Part shown: positions 45,308 through 58,714 of the stretch, one piece after another
Layout: each line of letters starts with the position of its first letter
Position numbering within the stretch: the first letter of the stretch is position 1
Assembly (NCBI GenBank): GCA_016182875.1
Contig: JACPFQ010000004.1
Span: forward strand, 99,203 to 163,202
Direction of reading: 5' to 3'
DNA: 64,000 bases
Source of the DNA: Candidatus Doudnabacteria bacterium
GTDB taxonomy: Bacteria; Patescibacteriota; Doudnabacteria; UBA920; O2-02-FULL-48-8
Translations under genes and position numbers: made by a program
The notes under the pieces: generated by a model
The model's database searches: none
Seen by the model: only the letters and a program-made list of their open reading frames with translations
Told to the model about the DNA's origin: nothing

Positions 45308-45410
45308 TGTTAATTCCTCCCCTAGAATAGGGGAGGTTAGGAGGGGTAGAGTACGAGCTTGAACCGTACCTCCCCTAGCCCCTCCTATTCTAGGAGGGGA
45401 ATTAAAATAT
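45308..45410. repeat. ~100-bp palindromic element (terminal inverted repeats TTAATTCCTCCCCTAGAATAGG / CCTATTCTAGGAGGGGAATTAA) filling the ruvA-femAB intergenic region
   Basis: Near-perfect 22-bp terminal inverted repeats plus internal sub-palindromes (GTACG...CGTAC). Confidence 0.5.
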
Positions 45411-46356
45411 GCTTTCAAATCTCACTCAAGAAGCCTGGGATAAAAAAGTAATCGAGCTGGGAGGCTCGATTTTGCAATCTTGGGCTTGGGGGGGATTCCA
45501 GCAAGCGTTGGGCAATAAAATCTACCGCCTTTCCGGTGAAACGTTTATAACGCTGGCAGTCGAGTTGCCGCTCAAAGCCGGCAAAAAATATCTTTATTGC
45601 CCCCGCGGGCCGTTGGGAGCTGTGGAAGAAGCCTTGGCAGATCTTAAAAATTTATCGGAGCAAGATCATGGCATTGTCTTTGCCCGCCTTGAGCCGAATA
45701 CGGCCCTGGATTTGCCTTCTGCCGCCAAAGAGGTCCAGCCCAAGCATAACTGGATGCTTAATATGGAAGGAAAAACACCGGAGCAATTGTTGATGGAGAT
45801 GAAGCCCAAAACTCGCTACAACATCAACCTGGCCCAGCGCAAAGGGGTGACTGTCCGCGAGGGGAGAAAAGAAGACTTGCTGGAAGTCTGGAAATTATTT
45901 TTGGAGACTGCTACGCGAAACAAATTCAGCCTGCATCCGCAGAATTATTACTGGCAGATGCTTGAAAGCTTGCCACCCAAGCATCTCAAAATTTTGATCG
46001 CGGAATACAAAGGCCAGATGCTTGCGGCTATGCTTGTAACTTTGTTCAGCGATGCCGCAACTTATTTGCATGGCGGCTCGGGCAATCAAATGAAAGAAGC
46101 TATGGCGCCGTATCTTCTGCACTGGGAAGCCATCAATTTGGCCAAAGATTTAGGATACAAACTTTACGACTTCGGCGGGGTCGCCCCGGCCGAAAAACAG
46201 GACCATTCTTGGGCCGGCGTTTCGCGCTTCAAAAAAAGCTTTGGGGGATTCGGAGTCGATTATCCCGGCGCTTACGATTTAGTTTTCTCCCCGGTTTGGT
46301 ATAATGTTTATAAACAAGCTCGTTTAGTTCGCAGGTTAGTAATAAGTAATAAGTAA
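45409..46356 (+). CDS. FemAB-family aminoacyltransferase (peptidoglycan interpeptide bridge formation)
   Basis: FemAB/GNAT-like fold motifs across 315 aa. Confidence 0.7.
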   Translation: MLSNLTQEAWDKKVIELGGSILQSWAWGGFQQALGNKIYRLSGETFITLAVELPLKAGKKYLYCPRGPLGAVEEALADLKNLSEQDHGIVFARLEPNTALDLPSAAKEVQPKHNWMLNMEGKTPEQLLMEMKPKTRYNINLAQRKGVTVREGRKEDLLEVWKLFLETATRNKFSLHPQNYYWQMLESLPPKHLKILIAEYKGQMLAAMLVTLFSDAATYLHGGSGNQMKEAMAPYLLHWEAINLAKDLGYKLYDFGGVAPAEKQDHSWAGVSRFKKSFGGFGVDYPGAYDLVFSPVWYNVYKQARLVRRLVISNK

Positions 46357-46413
46357 TTAGTAATAAGCATTCGTATTCTAATTACTCCTTACTAACCTCT
46401 TATTACTATTCTC

Positions 46414-46989
46414 ATGCAGTACAAAATCGCGGTTTCTGGCTCGGCAGAAAACAACTGCGCGCCAGGAGCCTTCAAAAAAGCTTATGAAGTCGGCCGGCAG
46501 GTTGCTCTGCAGGGTGCCGTGCTTTTGACTGGGGCGACCATTGGCGTGCCTGCCTGGGCCACGAGGGGAGCCAAGTCCGTCGGGGGCATTTCGATTGGGC
46601 TTTCTCCGGCAGTCTCACGCAGTGCCCACGTTAACACTTATCATCTGCCGACAGCCTACATGGACCTGATTATCTACACCGGCTTTGATTATTCCGGGCG
46701 CAACATGCTCATGACCCGCGCGGCTGATGCCGTGATAGTTGTTTGTGGAAGAATCGGCACTATCAATGAATTTACCACTGCCTTTGAGGAAAAAAGAATA
46801 ATTGGGGTTTTGACTGGCACGGGTGGAACGGAAACGGAAATCGACGATATTTTGAAAGCCGCTAAACGAGGCCGAAGAAATATTGTCTTCGAAAGCGAGC
46901 CCAAGAAGCTTGTACAAAAAGTTCTTAAGCTGGTTAGATTGCACGACCGCCACAAAAAGGAAGTCGAGCGGCACAAAGAGGTGGCCTAG
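46414..46989 (+). CDS. TIGR00725/LOG-like Rossmann-fold protein
   Basis: YKIAVSGSA...GAVLLTGATIGVP...VVCGRIGTINEF pattern typical of the LOG/SLOG family. Confidence 0.55.
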   Translation: MQYKIAVSGSAENNCAPGAFKKAYEVGRQVALQGAVLLTGATIGVPAWATRGAKSVGGISIGLSPAVSRSAHVNTYHLPTAYMDLIIYTGFDYSGRNMLMTRAADAVIVVCGRIGTINEFTTAFEEKRIIGVLTGTGGTETEIDDILKAAKRGRRNIVFESEPKKLVQKVLKLVRLHDRHKKEVERHKEVA

Positions 46990-47019
46990 CAGAAAAAGGT
47001 TATACTCAGATATAGCATA

Positions 47020-47043
47020 AATCGCCCTTCGGGCGGTTTTTTG
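47020..47043 (+). terminator. Rho-independent terminator (CGCCC-ttcg-GGGCG + T-run)
   Basis: aaatcgcccttcgggcggttttttgg. Confidence 0.7.
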
Positions 47044-47061
47044 GTATCATGACTTAGCAAT

Positions 47062-48360
47062 ATGTGGCTGAAGAATATCGCTAAGAAAATCGTTGGGAAA
47101 AAACTGGTGTCGATTTATCACTTCCATCTCGCCAGGTTGGCGGCTTTGGTTTACGGTTTCCCGTCACGGAAACTGATTGTTGTCGGCGTCACCGGGACCA
47201 ATGGCAAAAGCACCACGGCTAATTTGCTTGCCAAAATTCTGGAGGAAGCGGGCAATAAAGTGGCAGTGACCTCAACCATTAACTTCAAAATCGGGGAGAA
47301 AGACAAGCTCAATGACCAAAAAATGACCATGCCAGGAAGATTTTTTCTTCAGCGATTTTTGCGGCAGGCGGTTCAGGCCGGCTGTCAATACGCCATAATC
47401 GAAACGTCGTCCGAAGGAGTTGCCCAGCATCGGCACATCGGTATTCATTATGACGCGTTGGTATTTACCAATTTGACTCCGGAGCATTTGGAAGCGCATG
47501 GCGGATTTGAAAATTACAAAGCGGCCAAACTGACATTGTTTGAGTACTTAGAAAAACTGCCGTATAAAATGTTAAATGGCCAGCAGGTAGAAAAAGTCAT
47601 CGTTGCCAATGCCGACGATCCATATTTTCCCGAATTCGTGAATTTCAAGGTTGACCGTATAGTCAGCTTTGGCAAAAATTCCAGCGCTCAGGTACAAGGC
47701 AGTAATTTGACGATTGAACCCAAGGGGATTTCCTTTGAGGTCGACAATCTTTCGTTCCGATTGCAGCTCAAAGGCCAGTTCGATTTTTACAATGCGCTGG
47801 TTGCAATCGCCGCAGCCGAGGCATTTGGTGTGGGTTTAGACACATGCAAAAAAGCTTTGGAAAAAATTCCCAATGTTCCGGGACGCATGGAGGTTATCCA
47901 ATCCCAACCCTTTACAATTGTAGTTGATTATGCCTACGAACCAGAAGAGATGCGGCAGGTGTACGAAACGATTAGCAGATGGAAGCCAGACAGAGTGATT
48001 CAGGTTCTCGGCCCAAGCGGCGGCGGACGTGACAAGGCCCGCATTTCGATATTGGGCGAGATGGCCGGCAAATTTGCGGCAGTGGTCTTTATTACAACCG
48101 ATGACCCCTATGACGACGACCCCGCAGTAATCGGCAGGCAAATGTTCGAAGGGGCTTCGAAAAGCGGCAAGCAGGCCAACATGAATTTATTTCTGGAGTT
48201 GGACCGCAGGGAAGCGATTGCTTTGGCTCTCAAGCGGGCGCAACCGGGCGACCTGGTCCTAATCACCGGCAAGGGCTCTGACCAAAAAATGGCAGTGAAA
48301 GGCGGCTATGTCCCTTGGGATGACCGGCAGGTAGTTAGGGAACAATTAGCGAAATTATGA
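47062..48360 (+). CDS. murE: Mur ligase family protein (MurE-like)
   Basis: VVGVTGTNGKSTT P-loop and Mur ligase middle/C-terminal domains. Confidence 0.75.
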   Translation: MWLKNIAKKIVGKKLVSIYHFHLARLAALVYGFPSRKLIVVGVTGTNGKSTTANLLAKILEEAGNKVAVTSTINFKIGEKDKLNDQKMTMPGRFFLQRFLRQAVQAGCQYAIIETSSEGVAQHRHIGIHYDALVFTNLTPEHLEAHGGFENYKAAKLTLFEYLEKLPYKMLNGQQVEKVIVANADDPYFPEFVNFKVDRIVSFGKNSSAQVQGSNLTIEPKGISFEVDNLSFRLQLKGQFDFYNALVAIAAAEAFGVGLDTCKKALEKIPNVPGRMEVIQSQPFTIVVDYAYEPEEMRQVYETISRWKPDRVIQVLGPSGGGRDKARISILGEMAGKFAAVVFITTDDPYDDDPAVIGRQMFEGASKSGKQANMNLFLELDRREAIALALKRAQPGDLVLITGKGSDQKMAVKGGYVPWDDRQVVREQLAKL

Positions 48361-48743
48361 TTCTTTTTATTGATACAACTGATAATGATTTCGTGAGAAT
48401 CGGATTGGTCAGGAATAGTAAGTTTATTACCAAACAATGGCAAACCAGAAAGTTGTCAGAAACTTTGATGCTAGAAATTAAAAAATTTTTGTCTCGGCAA
48501 AAAGTTAATTTCCAGGATATAAAAAGGATTGTGGTGGTAGTCGGGCCTGGATTTTTCAGCCGGACCAGAACCGGGGTCGCTACGGCCAACGCCTTGGCTT
48601 TTGCTCTCGCCATTCCGGTCGCGGGTATCAAGCAGAACCAAATTCCAAAGGACCCTTTGAAGTTCAACCGTTTGAAATACAAAAACTCAGTCCTTCCGTA
48701 TTACGAAAAAGCTCCCAATATAACCAAGCCAAAACGCCGATGA
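48357..48743 (+). CDS. tsaB: tRNA threonylcarbamoyladenosine biosynthesis protein TsaB (short form)
   Basis: ILFIDTT...VVVGPGFFSRTRTGVATANALAFAL, the YeaZ/TsaB N-domain. Confidence 0.7.
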   Translation: MILFIDTTDNDFVRIGLVRNSKFITKQWQTRKLSETLMLEIKKFLSRQKVNFQDIKRIVVVVGPGFFSRTRTGVATANALAFALAIPVAGIKQNQIPKDPLKFNRLKYKNSVLPYYEKAPNITKPKRR

Positions 48744-49969
48744 CGTTGACTGTTTATTTGTCGGTTTTAAAAAATACCAACTTCACCAAACTTTGGGTCT
48801 CTCAAGTCTGCTCCCAGCTGACTAATTTTTTGTTAAGCTTCGCGATACTGATTAAAGCCTTCCGCTTGACCGAATCTTCAGCTTCGGTTTCGATTATTTT
48901 GGTTGCGTTCGGCCTGGCAACCTTGCTTTTCGGCGCTTTTGCCGGAGTTTATGCTGATCGCTTTGATCGAAAATGGATTTTGACCATCATCAATTTTTCG
49001 CAGGCAATAATCGTGCTGGTTTTTTTGTTTTATGAAAATAACTTTTGGGCTTTGGCTTTGCTGACTTTCGTGTATTCAGCGCTTAATCAATTTTATTTGC
49101 CAGCCGAAGCGCCCTCAATCCCCGATTTGGTTTCAAAAGACGAGCTATTGGTGGCCAACGGCTACTTTGCCTTTACCACACACGCCTCGATGCTCTTGGG
49201 TTTTGCTCTGGCCGGCCCCATGGTGGCGTTCGGCGGATTCAAAGCCCCGTTCATCGTCGGTTTCGTACTTCTGCTCATAGCGGGGACCGCGACCTTGCTT
49301 CTGCCTTCATTGAAGCCGAAAAGTTCTCATCCCGGTTTTCTGAAAAACGTTTGGCCGGACTTCCGGGACGGGCTGAGATATTTTACGGGCCACAAAGTTT
49401 TGCATTTCCCTCTGGTCGCTTTGATTTTTGCGCAAATAATAAATGGTATGCTTATCACGCTGGCCCCGGCCTTGGTCGACAAGCTGCTTGGCATCAACCT
49501 TGAAAAAGGGACGTTCTTCGCGATTGCGCCGCTGGGTTTGGGAGTAATTACCGGAGCATTAATTCTTGGCTACGAATCAAGAATACTTGACCGCCATAAC
49601 ATGATTATTACAGGTTTCATCGGCAAGGGGTTGGCCCTAGCCTCGCTTGCTGCAATTGCATTTTTCCCCAGCCGTTTGACTTTTTACGTAGTTGCCGCTT
49701 TCGTCGCCGGCATTTTTAACGCCCATATTTTTTCTCCAGCCCATTCAATCATGCAGTCCGAAGCCGTAGACTCTCACCGCGGGCGGGTTTATGCCGCCCT
49801 TTACGTTTTACTGCAAGCGGCCGCCACTCTTCCCAGTTTTATTGCAGGAATCATGGCCGACAGTTTCAGCCTGCAAGTCGTCTTCTTGGGCATGGGATTG
49901 ATGCTGCTTTTTGCCGCAGCCCTCTTGACAAAGTTTTGGGGATGGTTAAGATATAAACGTGGTATATAA
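48740..49969 (+). CDS. MFS transporter
   Basis: 12 predicted TM helices; MFS-like repeat structure. Confidence 0.8.
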   Translation: MTLTVYLSVLKNTNFTKLWVSQVCSQLTNFLLSFAILIKAFRLTESSASVSIILVAFGLATLLFGAFAGVYADRFDRKWILTIINFSQAIIVLVFLFYENNFWALALLTFVYSALNQFYLPAEAPSIPDLVSKDELLVANGYFAFTTHASMLLGFALAGPMVAFGGFKAPFIVGFVLLLIAGTATLLLPSLKPKSSHPGFLKNVWPDFRDGLRYFTGHKVLHFPLVALIFAQIINGMLITLAPALVDKLLGINLEKGTFFAIAPLGLGVITGALILGYESRILDRHNMIITGFIGKGLALASLAAIAFFPSRLTFYVVAAFVAGIFNAHIFSPAHSIMQSEAVDSHRGRVYAALYVLLQAAATLPSFIAGIMADSFSLQVVFLGMGLMLLFAAALLTKFWGWLRYKRGI

Positions 49970-50002
49970 TTTAATAAATTAACCGGAAGGACGGCGCTCT
50001 TT

Positions 50003-53000
50003 TTGTCTATGCAAAAAGAGAATGTTTTTATGTCCCCAAAAGCGAAAAGCCCCAATTTAAGCCTTGATTTTAGCAGGAAGCAGACCAAGGTCAGCAAACG
50101 GACTTCATTCACCCCTTTTCACGAAGTCATGGAGATGCCCAACCTTATCGAAGTCCAACTGGCTTCTTATCAGTGGTTTTTGCAACAAGGGCTCGCCGAG
50201 CTCTTTTCCGAAATCAACCCAATTAAAGATTTCACCGGTAAGAATTTTGAACTAGTCTTTGGCAATTATTTTTTGGATAAGCCCAAGTATGACGAAAAAA
50301 CCGCCAAGGAGCGTAACACTACTTTCGAAGCCCCTTTGTACGTTTCAGCCAAACTGATAAACAAGGCGACCGGAAAAACCAAGACTCAAGATGTTTATAT
50401 CGGCGACTTTCCCCTCATGACGCCTCGCGGGACTTTTGTGATTAATGGTGTGGAACGAGTAGTCGTTTCTCAGCTAGTGAAATCCCCAGGCGTATTTTTT
50501 ATGGCCGAAACCGCGCGCGGCCGCAACTGGTATGGAGCAAAAATTATTCCCAACCGCGGCGCTTGGCTGGAAATTGAAACCGACATCAACGGCGTCATCA
50601 GCGTAAAAATCGACCGCAAGCGAAGAATTCCGGTAACCGCCCTGTTTCGAGTTTTTGGTTTTACCTCCGACGAAGAAATTCTTTCCGCTTTTACGGAAGT
50701 CGATACCAACCCCGATCTCCGCTACATTCAAAATACGCTTGATAAAGACCCGTCCAAGAACGCCGACGAGGGCTTTAAGGAAGTTTATAAGCGCATCCGT
50801 CCGGGGGATTTGGCGACCGCCGATAATGCCCGCTCCCTGATTGAGGCCATGTTTTTTCATGCCGATCGTTATGACCTTTCGGAGGTCGGCCGGTATAAAT
50901 TAAATCAGCGCCTCAACATCAAGGACCGGCAGGACCGGATTTTGACCAAAGAAGATTTGGCGCAAATCATCAGTGAGGTCGTCCGGCTCAACAACAGCCA
51001 AGGCCCTTGGGACGACATCGACCACCTTTCCAACCGCAGGGTTCGCGCGGTCGGGGAACTGATTCAGGGCAAATTCCGCGTTGGGCTGGCCCGCATGGCG
51101 CGCATCGTCAAAGACCGCATGAGTTTGGCTGACGTCGAAACCGTCACTCCGGCCCAGCTCATCCACGTTCGCCCGATTGTCGCAGTCATCCAAGAGTTTT
51201 TTTCATCTTCCCAGCTGTCCCAGTTTATGGATCAGACCAACCCGCTGGCTGAATTGGAGCATAAGCGAAGACTTAGCGCCATGGGCCCTGGGGGACTGTC
51301 CCGCGAGCGGGCCGGTTTTGAAGTCCGGGACGTGCACCGCAGTCACTACGGCCGGCTTTGCCCCATCACCACACCAGAGGGTCCGAACATAGGCTTGGTG
51401 GCGCATTTGGCTTCCTATGCCCGCTTAAACGACTATGGATTTATCGAAACGCCTTACCGCAAAGTGGTGAAAGATGAATCAGGGCGGCGGCGGGTGACCA
51501 ACCAAATCGAATATCTTGACGCTTACGAAGAAGAGCATGTTATCATCGCTCAGGCCACCACAGCGTTCGATAAAGACGGCTACTTTTTGGAAGAGCGAGC
51601 CTCAGTCCGGGTGCACGCCGAACCTTCCATTGCCGCAACAAAGGACATTGATTACATGGAGGTTTCTCCAAAGCAGATTATTTCCGTGACCACTTCTTTA
51701 ATTCCTTTTTTGGAGCACGATGACGCAAACCGCGCGTTGATGGGTTCCAACATGCAGCGGCAGGCCGTGTCCTGCATTAAGCCTGAATCTCCGGTGGTCG
51801 GCACGGGAGTCGAGGCCAAAGCCGCTTATGATTCCGGCCAGGTCGCGATTGCGGAGACTGGCGGCGTTGTAACTTCGGTCAGCGGCGAAAAAATCGTGAT
51901 TGCGGACAATAACAACAAGAAGAAAGAATATTTGCTTCAGAAATTCATCCGGTCCAACACTTCCACGTCGATTAACCAGCATCCGATTGTCCGCAAGGGC
52001 CAGATTGTAAAGGCAGGAGAGGTTCTGGCCGACGGGGCGGCGATTGAAAACGGAGAGTTGGCTTTGGGCCAAAATTTGCTGGTCGGTTTTATGTCCTGGG
52101 AGGGCGGCAACTACGAAGATGCGATTTTGATTTCGTCCCGGGTGGTGGAAGAGGACCGCTATTCTTCCATTCACATTGAAGATTTTAAAGTTGACGTCCG
52201 CGATACCAAATTGGGGCCGGAAATTATCACCCGCGACATTCCCAACGTTGGGGAAGAAAAGCTGAAGGACCTGGACGAAAATGGAATAATCAGGATTGGC
52301 GCCCAGGTCAAAGCCGGCGACATTTTGGTCGGGAAAATCACTCCCAAAGGGGAAACCGATTTAACGGCGGAAGAAAAGTTGCTGCGAGTCATTTTCGGCG
52401 AAAAATCCCGCGACGTCAAAGACACTTCCCTAACCCTGCCTCATGGCGAATACGGCAAAGTCGTCCATATCCGGGAATTTTCGAGAGAGCAGGGGGACAA
52501 GCTTCCTTCGGGGGTCATTCGGTCAATCCAGGTTTCGATCGCGGTTTTGCGCAAAATCCAGGTTGGCGACAAGATGGCCGGCCGCCACGGCAACAAAGGA
52601 GTCATTTCGCAGGTAATTCCAGTGGAAGACATGCCGTTCGATGCCTCCGGCACGCCGGTAGACATCATTCTCAACCCCCTGGGCGTTGCAAGCCGCATGA
52701 ACATTGGGCAGATTCTTGAAACTCATTTAGGCTTGGCCGCGAAAAAGTTGGGATACAAAGTCGCTTCTCCGGCCCTGGACGGGGTGCCCGAAAATGTGAT
52801 TAAGCAAGAGCTTAAGAAAGCCGGCTTTCCTGAAGACGGAAAGTTGGTGCTGTATGACGGCAAGAGCGGCGAACCGTTTGCCGAGAAAGTTACAGTCGGG
52901 ATTATTTACATGCTGAAGCTTCACCATTTGGTGGACGACAAGATGCACGCGCGCTCCACCGGCCCTTATTCCTTGATTACCCAGCAGCCCTTGGGCGGCA

Positions 53001-53368
53001 AGGCTCAATTTGGCGGCCAGCGATTTGGAGAAATGGAAGTCTGGGCCTTGGAAGGGTACGGCGCGGCCCACACCCTCCAGGAAATGTTGACCATTAAATC
53101 CGACGATGTGGTCGGCAGGGCTAAAACCTATGAATCGATAGTTAAGGGCGAGCCGATTAAAAAGCCGAATGTCCCCGAATCGTTCCGCGTCTTGGTCAAA
53201 GAACTGCAGTCGCTGTGTTTGAATGTCGAACTGATTGGGGAAAAAGTAGCTGAAGCCGCTGAAGATAAAGCTGGAGAAATCAGGGAGCTCGTTACCAGCG
53301 ACAGGCCGGAGCCGGAGAAAATTGCGGTAGCTGAAGACAAAGGCAAGAAGAGAAAAAACAAGAGATAA
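50003..53368 (+). CDS. rpoB: DNA-directed RNA polymerase subunit beta
   Basis: Conserved beta-subunit blocks throughout; 1121 aa; the start may be at 50030 (MSPKAK). Confidence 0.95.
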   Translation: MSMQKENVFMSPKAKSPNLSLDFSRKQTKVSKRTSFTPFHEVMEMPNLIEVQLASYQWFLQQGLAELFSEINPIKDFTGKNFELVFGNYFLDKPKYDEKTAKERNTTFEAPLYVSAKLINKATGKTKTQDVYIGDFPLMTPRGTFVINGVERVVVSQLVKSPGVFFMAETARGRNWYGAKIIPNRGAWLEIETDINGVISVKIDRKRRIPVTALFRVFGFTSDEEILSAFTEVDTNPDLRYIQNTLDKDPSKNADEGFKEVYKRIRPGDLATADNARSLIEAMFFHADRYDLSEVGRYKLNQRLNIKDRQDRILTKEDLAQIISEVVRLNNSQGPWDDIDHLSNRRVRAVGELIQGKFRVGLARMARIVKDRMSLADVETVTPAQLIHVRPIVAVIQEFFSSSQLSQFMDQTNPLAELEHKRRLSAMGPGGLSRERAGFEVRDVHRSHYGRLCPITTPEGPNIGLVAHLASYARLNDYGFIETPYRKVVKDESGRRRVTNQIEYLDAYEEEHVIIAQATTAFDKDGYFLEERASVRVHAEPSIAATKDIDYMEVSPKQIISVTTSLIPFLEHDDANRALMGSNMQRQAVSCIKPESPVVGTGVEAKAAYDSGQVAIAETGGVVTSVSGEKIVIADNNNKKKEYLLQKFIRSNTSTSINQHPIVRKGQIVKAGEVLADGAAIENGELALGQNLLVGFMSWEGGNYEDAILISSRVVEEDRYSSIHIEDFKVDVRDTKLGPEIITRDIPNVGEEKLKDLDENGIIRIGAQVKAGDILVGKITPKGETDLTAEEKLLRVIFGEKSRDVKDTSLTLPHGEYGKVVHIREFSREQGDKLPSGVIRSIQVSIAVLRKIQVGDKMAGRHGNKGVISQVIPVEDMPFDASGTPVDIILNPLGVASRMNIGQILETHLGLAAKKLGYKVASPALDGVPENVIKQELKKAGFPEDGKLVLYDGKSGEPFAEKVTVGIIYMLKLHHLVDDKMHARSTGPYSLITQQPLGGKAQFGGQRFGEMEVWALEGYGAAHTLQEMLTIKSDDVVGRAKTYESIVKGEPIKKPNVPESFRVLVKELQSLCLNVELIGEKVAEAAEDKAGEIRELVTSDRPEPEKIAVAEDKGKKRKNKR

Positions 53369-53370
53369 CT

Positions 53371-57261
<3,891 letters not shown>

Positions 57262-57267
57262 GTGCTC

Positions 57268-57396
57268 GGGCTAGGTCGCAAATCAGAGCCGACGGGTCCT
57301 GCCGCGATTTACCCCACCAGTGCTCACTGTCGTTGCGCGCTGTCGGGGTCCCCAAATCGCGTCACCCGTCGGCAGCCAGTCTTTGCGACTAGCCCT
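57268..57396. repeat. GC-rich nested-palindrome element (~130 bp) between rpoC and the next gene
   Basis: GGGCTAGGTCGCAAA ... TTTGCGACTAGCCC encloses GCCGACGGGT ... ACCCGTCGGC, which encloses GCGATTT ... AAATCGC; G+C well above the flanking genes. Confidence 0.5.
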
Positions 57397-57413
57397 CGCT
57401 GAGGAAAAATAAT

Positions 57414-57851
57414 ATGAAATCCTGGATTAAGACAATAGTCATATTAGTGGCAGTTGTAGTAGGCGTTGCTGGCTACCTGCTGCTGGCCAACCGCACCCAA
57501 GACAACGGACAAACACCCTCAGAGCAGACTCAAGCCGAAGTAGTAATCGAAACGCCTCAGCGCGGCGATTTGGTCAAAAGTCCCCTTGCTGTCAAAGGCA
57601 AAGCCAAGGGCATTTGGTTTTTTGAAGCCAATCTTCCGGTAACGCTTAAGGACCAGAATGGGAAAATTCTGGCGCAAAAGGGATTTCAGGCCAAAGGTGA
57701 GTGGATGACCGAAGATTATGTTGAGTTTGAAGACACTTTGACCTTTGCCGCTCCCACGACCGAGTTCGGAGTGTTGGTTATCGAGAATGATAATCCTTCT
57801 GGGCTTAAAGAATTTGAAAAATCATTCGCCGTGCCTGTGAGGTTTAAGTGA
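57414..57851 (+). CDS. Membrane-anchored Gmad2-like Ig-domain protein
   Basis: N-terminal TM helix, then a beta-rich domain (LVKSPLAVKGKAKGIWFFEANLPVTLKDQNGKIL) resembling Gmad2 Ig-like domains. Confidence 0.5.
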   Translation: MKSWIKTIVILVAVVVGVAGYLLLANRTQDNGQTPSEQTQAEVVIETPQRGDLVKSPLAVKGKAKGIWFFEANLPVTLKDQNGKILAQKGFQAKGEWMTEDYVEFEDTLTFAAPTTEFGVLVIENDNPSGLKEFEKSFAVPVRFK

Positions 57852-57885
57852 CTGTTGACATTTAAATACAGTAGACATACAATCA

Positions 57886-58155
57886 TTGTATATGAAAACG
57901 CGGGCTTTTAATATTGCCTTGCCTCAAGAACTGGTGCAAAAGATAGATGAGGCCGCTCGAAAAGAATATCGCAATCGCAGCGAATTTATCCGCGAGGCGG
58001 TTTTGTTTCGTTTACAAGATTTGAAAAGTTGGGAAAGAATTTTTCAAGCGGGGAAACAGGCTGGAAAAAAGCTGAGGATTAAAAGCGAAGCGGATGTTGA
58101 CAAGATAGTATACGCATATCGCCATGGCCGAAAATCCAAAAAAGGTCGTAATTGA
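57886..58155 (+). CDS. Ribbon-helix-helix (CopG-like) antitoxin
   Basis: FNIALPQELVQKIDEAARKEYRNRSEFIREAV RHH pattern; overlaps the downstream PIN gene by 32 nt. Confidence 0.6.
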   Translation: MYMKTRAFNIALPQELVQKIDEAARKEYRNRSEFIREAVLFRLQDLKSWERIFQAGKQAGKKLRIKSEADVDKIVYAYRHGRKSKKGRN

Positions 58156-58552
58156 TACCAATGTTCTGGTGTCGGCGATCGTCTATGGCGGCAATCCAAG
58201 GAAGATTTTATCCCAGCTTTCAGCGAGAGAAATTTCGGCCGTAACCTCTGCCATTCTTTTGGCTGAATTGACCGATGTTTTGGCAAAGAAATTCAACTTT
58301 AACCGTGATGACATCCTGCTTATCGAAAGGCAAATCAAAAGACATTTTATTTTAGTTTATCCGCAGAAAACTGTTGATGTTTTGCCGGATAATAACCCAG
58401 ACAATCGTGTTTTAGAAGTTGCCTCCGAAGGAGATTGTGACTATATTATTACCGGAGACAAGGAACTGTTGCGGCTGAAGTTTTGGAATAGTATTGAAAT
58501 TTTAACTGCGTCAGAATTCTATGAAAAATTGTACATGGAGAAAAATAATTGA
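58124..58552 (+). CDS. vapC: PIN-domain toxin (VapC-like)
   Basis: VVIDTNVLVSAI...D...ITGD; PIN acidic residues. Confidence 0.75.
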   Translation: MAENPKKVVIDTNVLVSAIVYGGNPRKILSQLSAREISAVTSAILLAELTDVLAKKFNFNRDDILLIERQIKRHFILVYPQKTVDVLPDNNPDNRVLEVASEGDCDYIITGDKELLRLKFWNSIEILTASEFYEKLYMEKNN

Positions 58553-58714
58553 TTTCAAAGAGATTAAACAAGGCGGCGTTGATATAAGAACCTGCTTGTC
58601 TAACAAATGGTGTAATTACACCAAAAGTTAGAATAGGCCCTTATGCGCCGCATCCAGACTTTCCAGATGAAGAAAAATAAAAGAGACGCGTTAGCGGCTC
58701 TTTTTAAATTTTAT

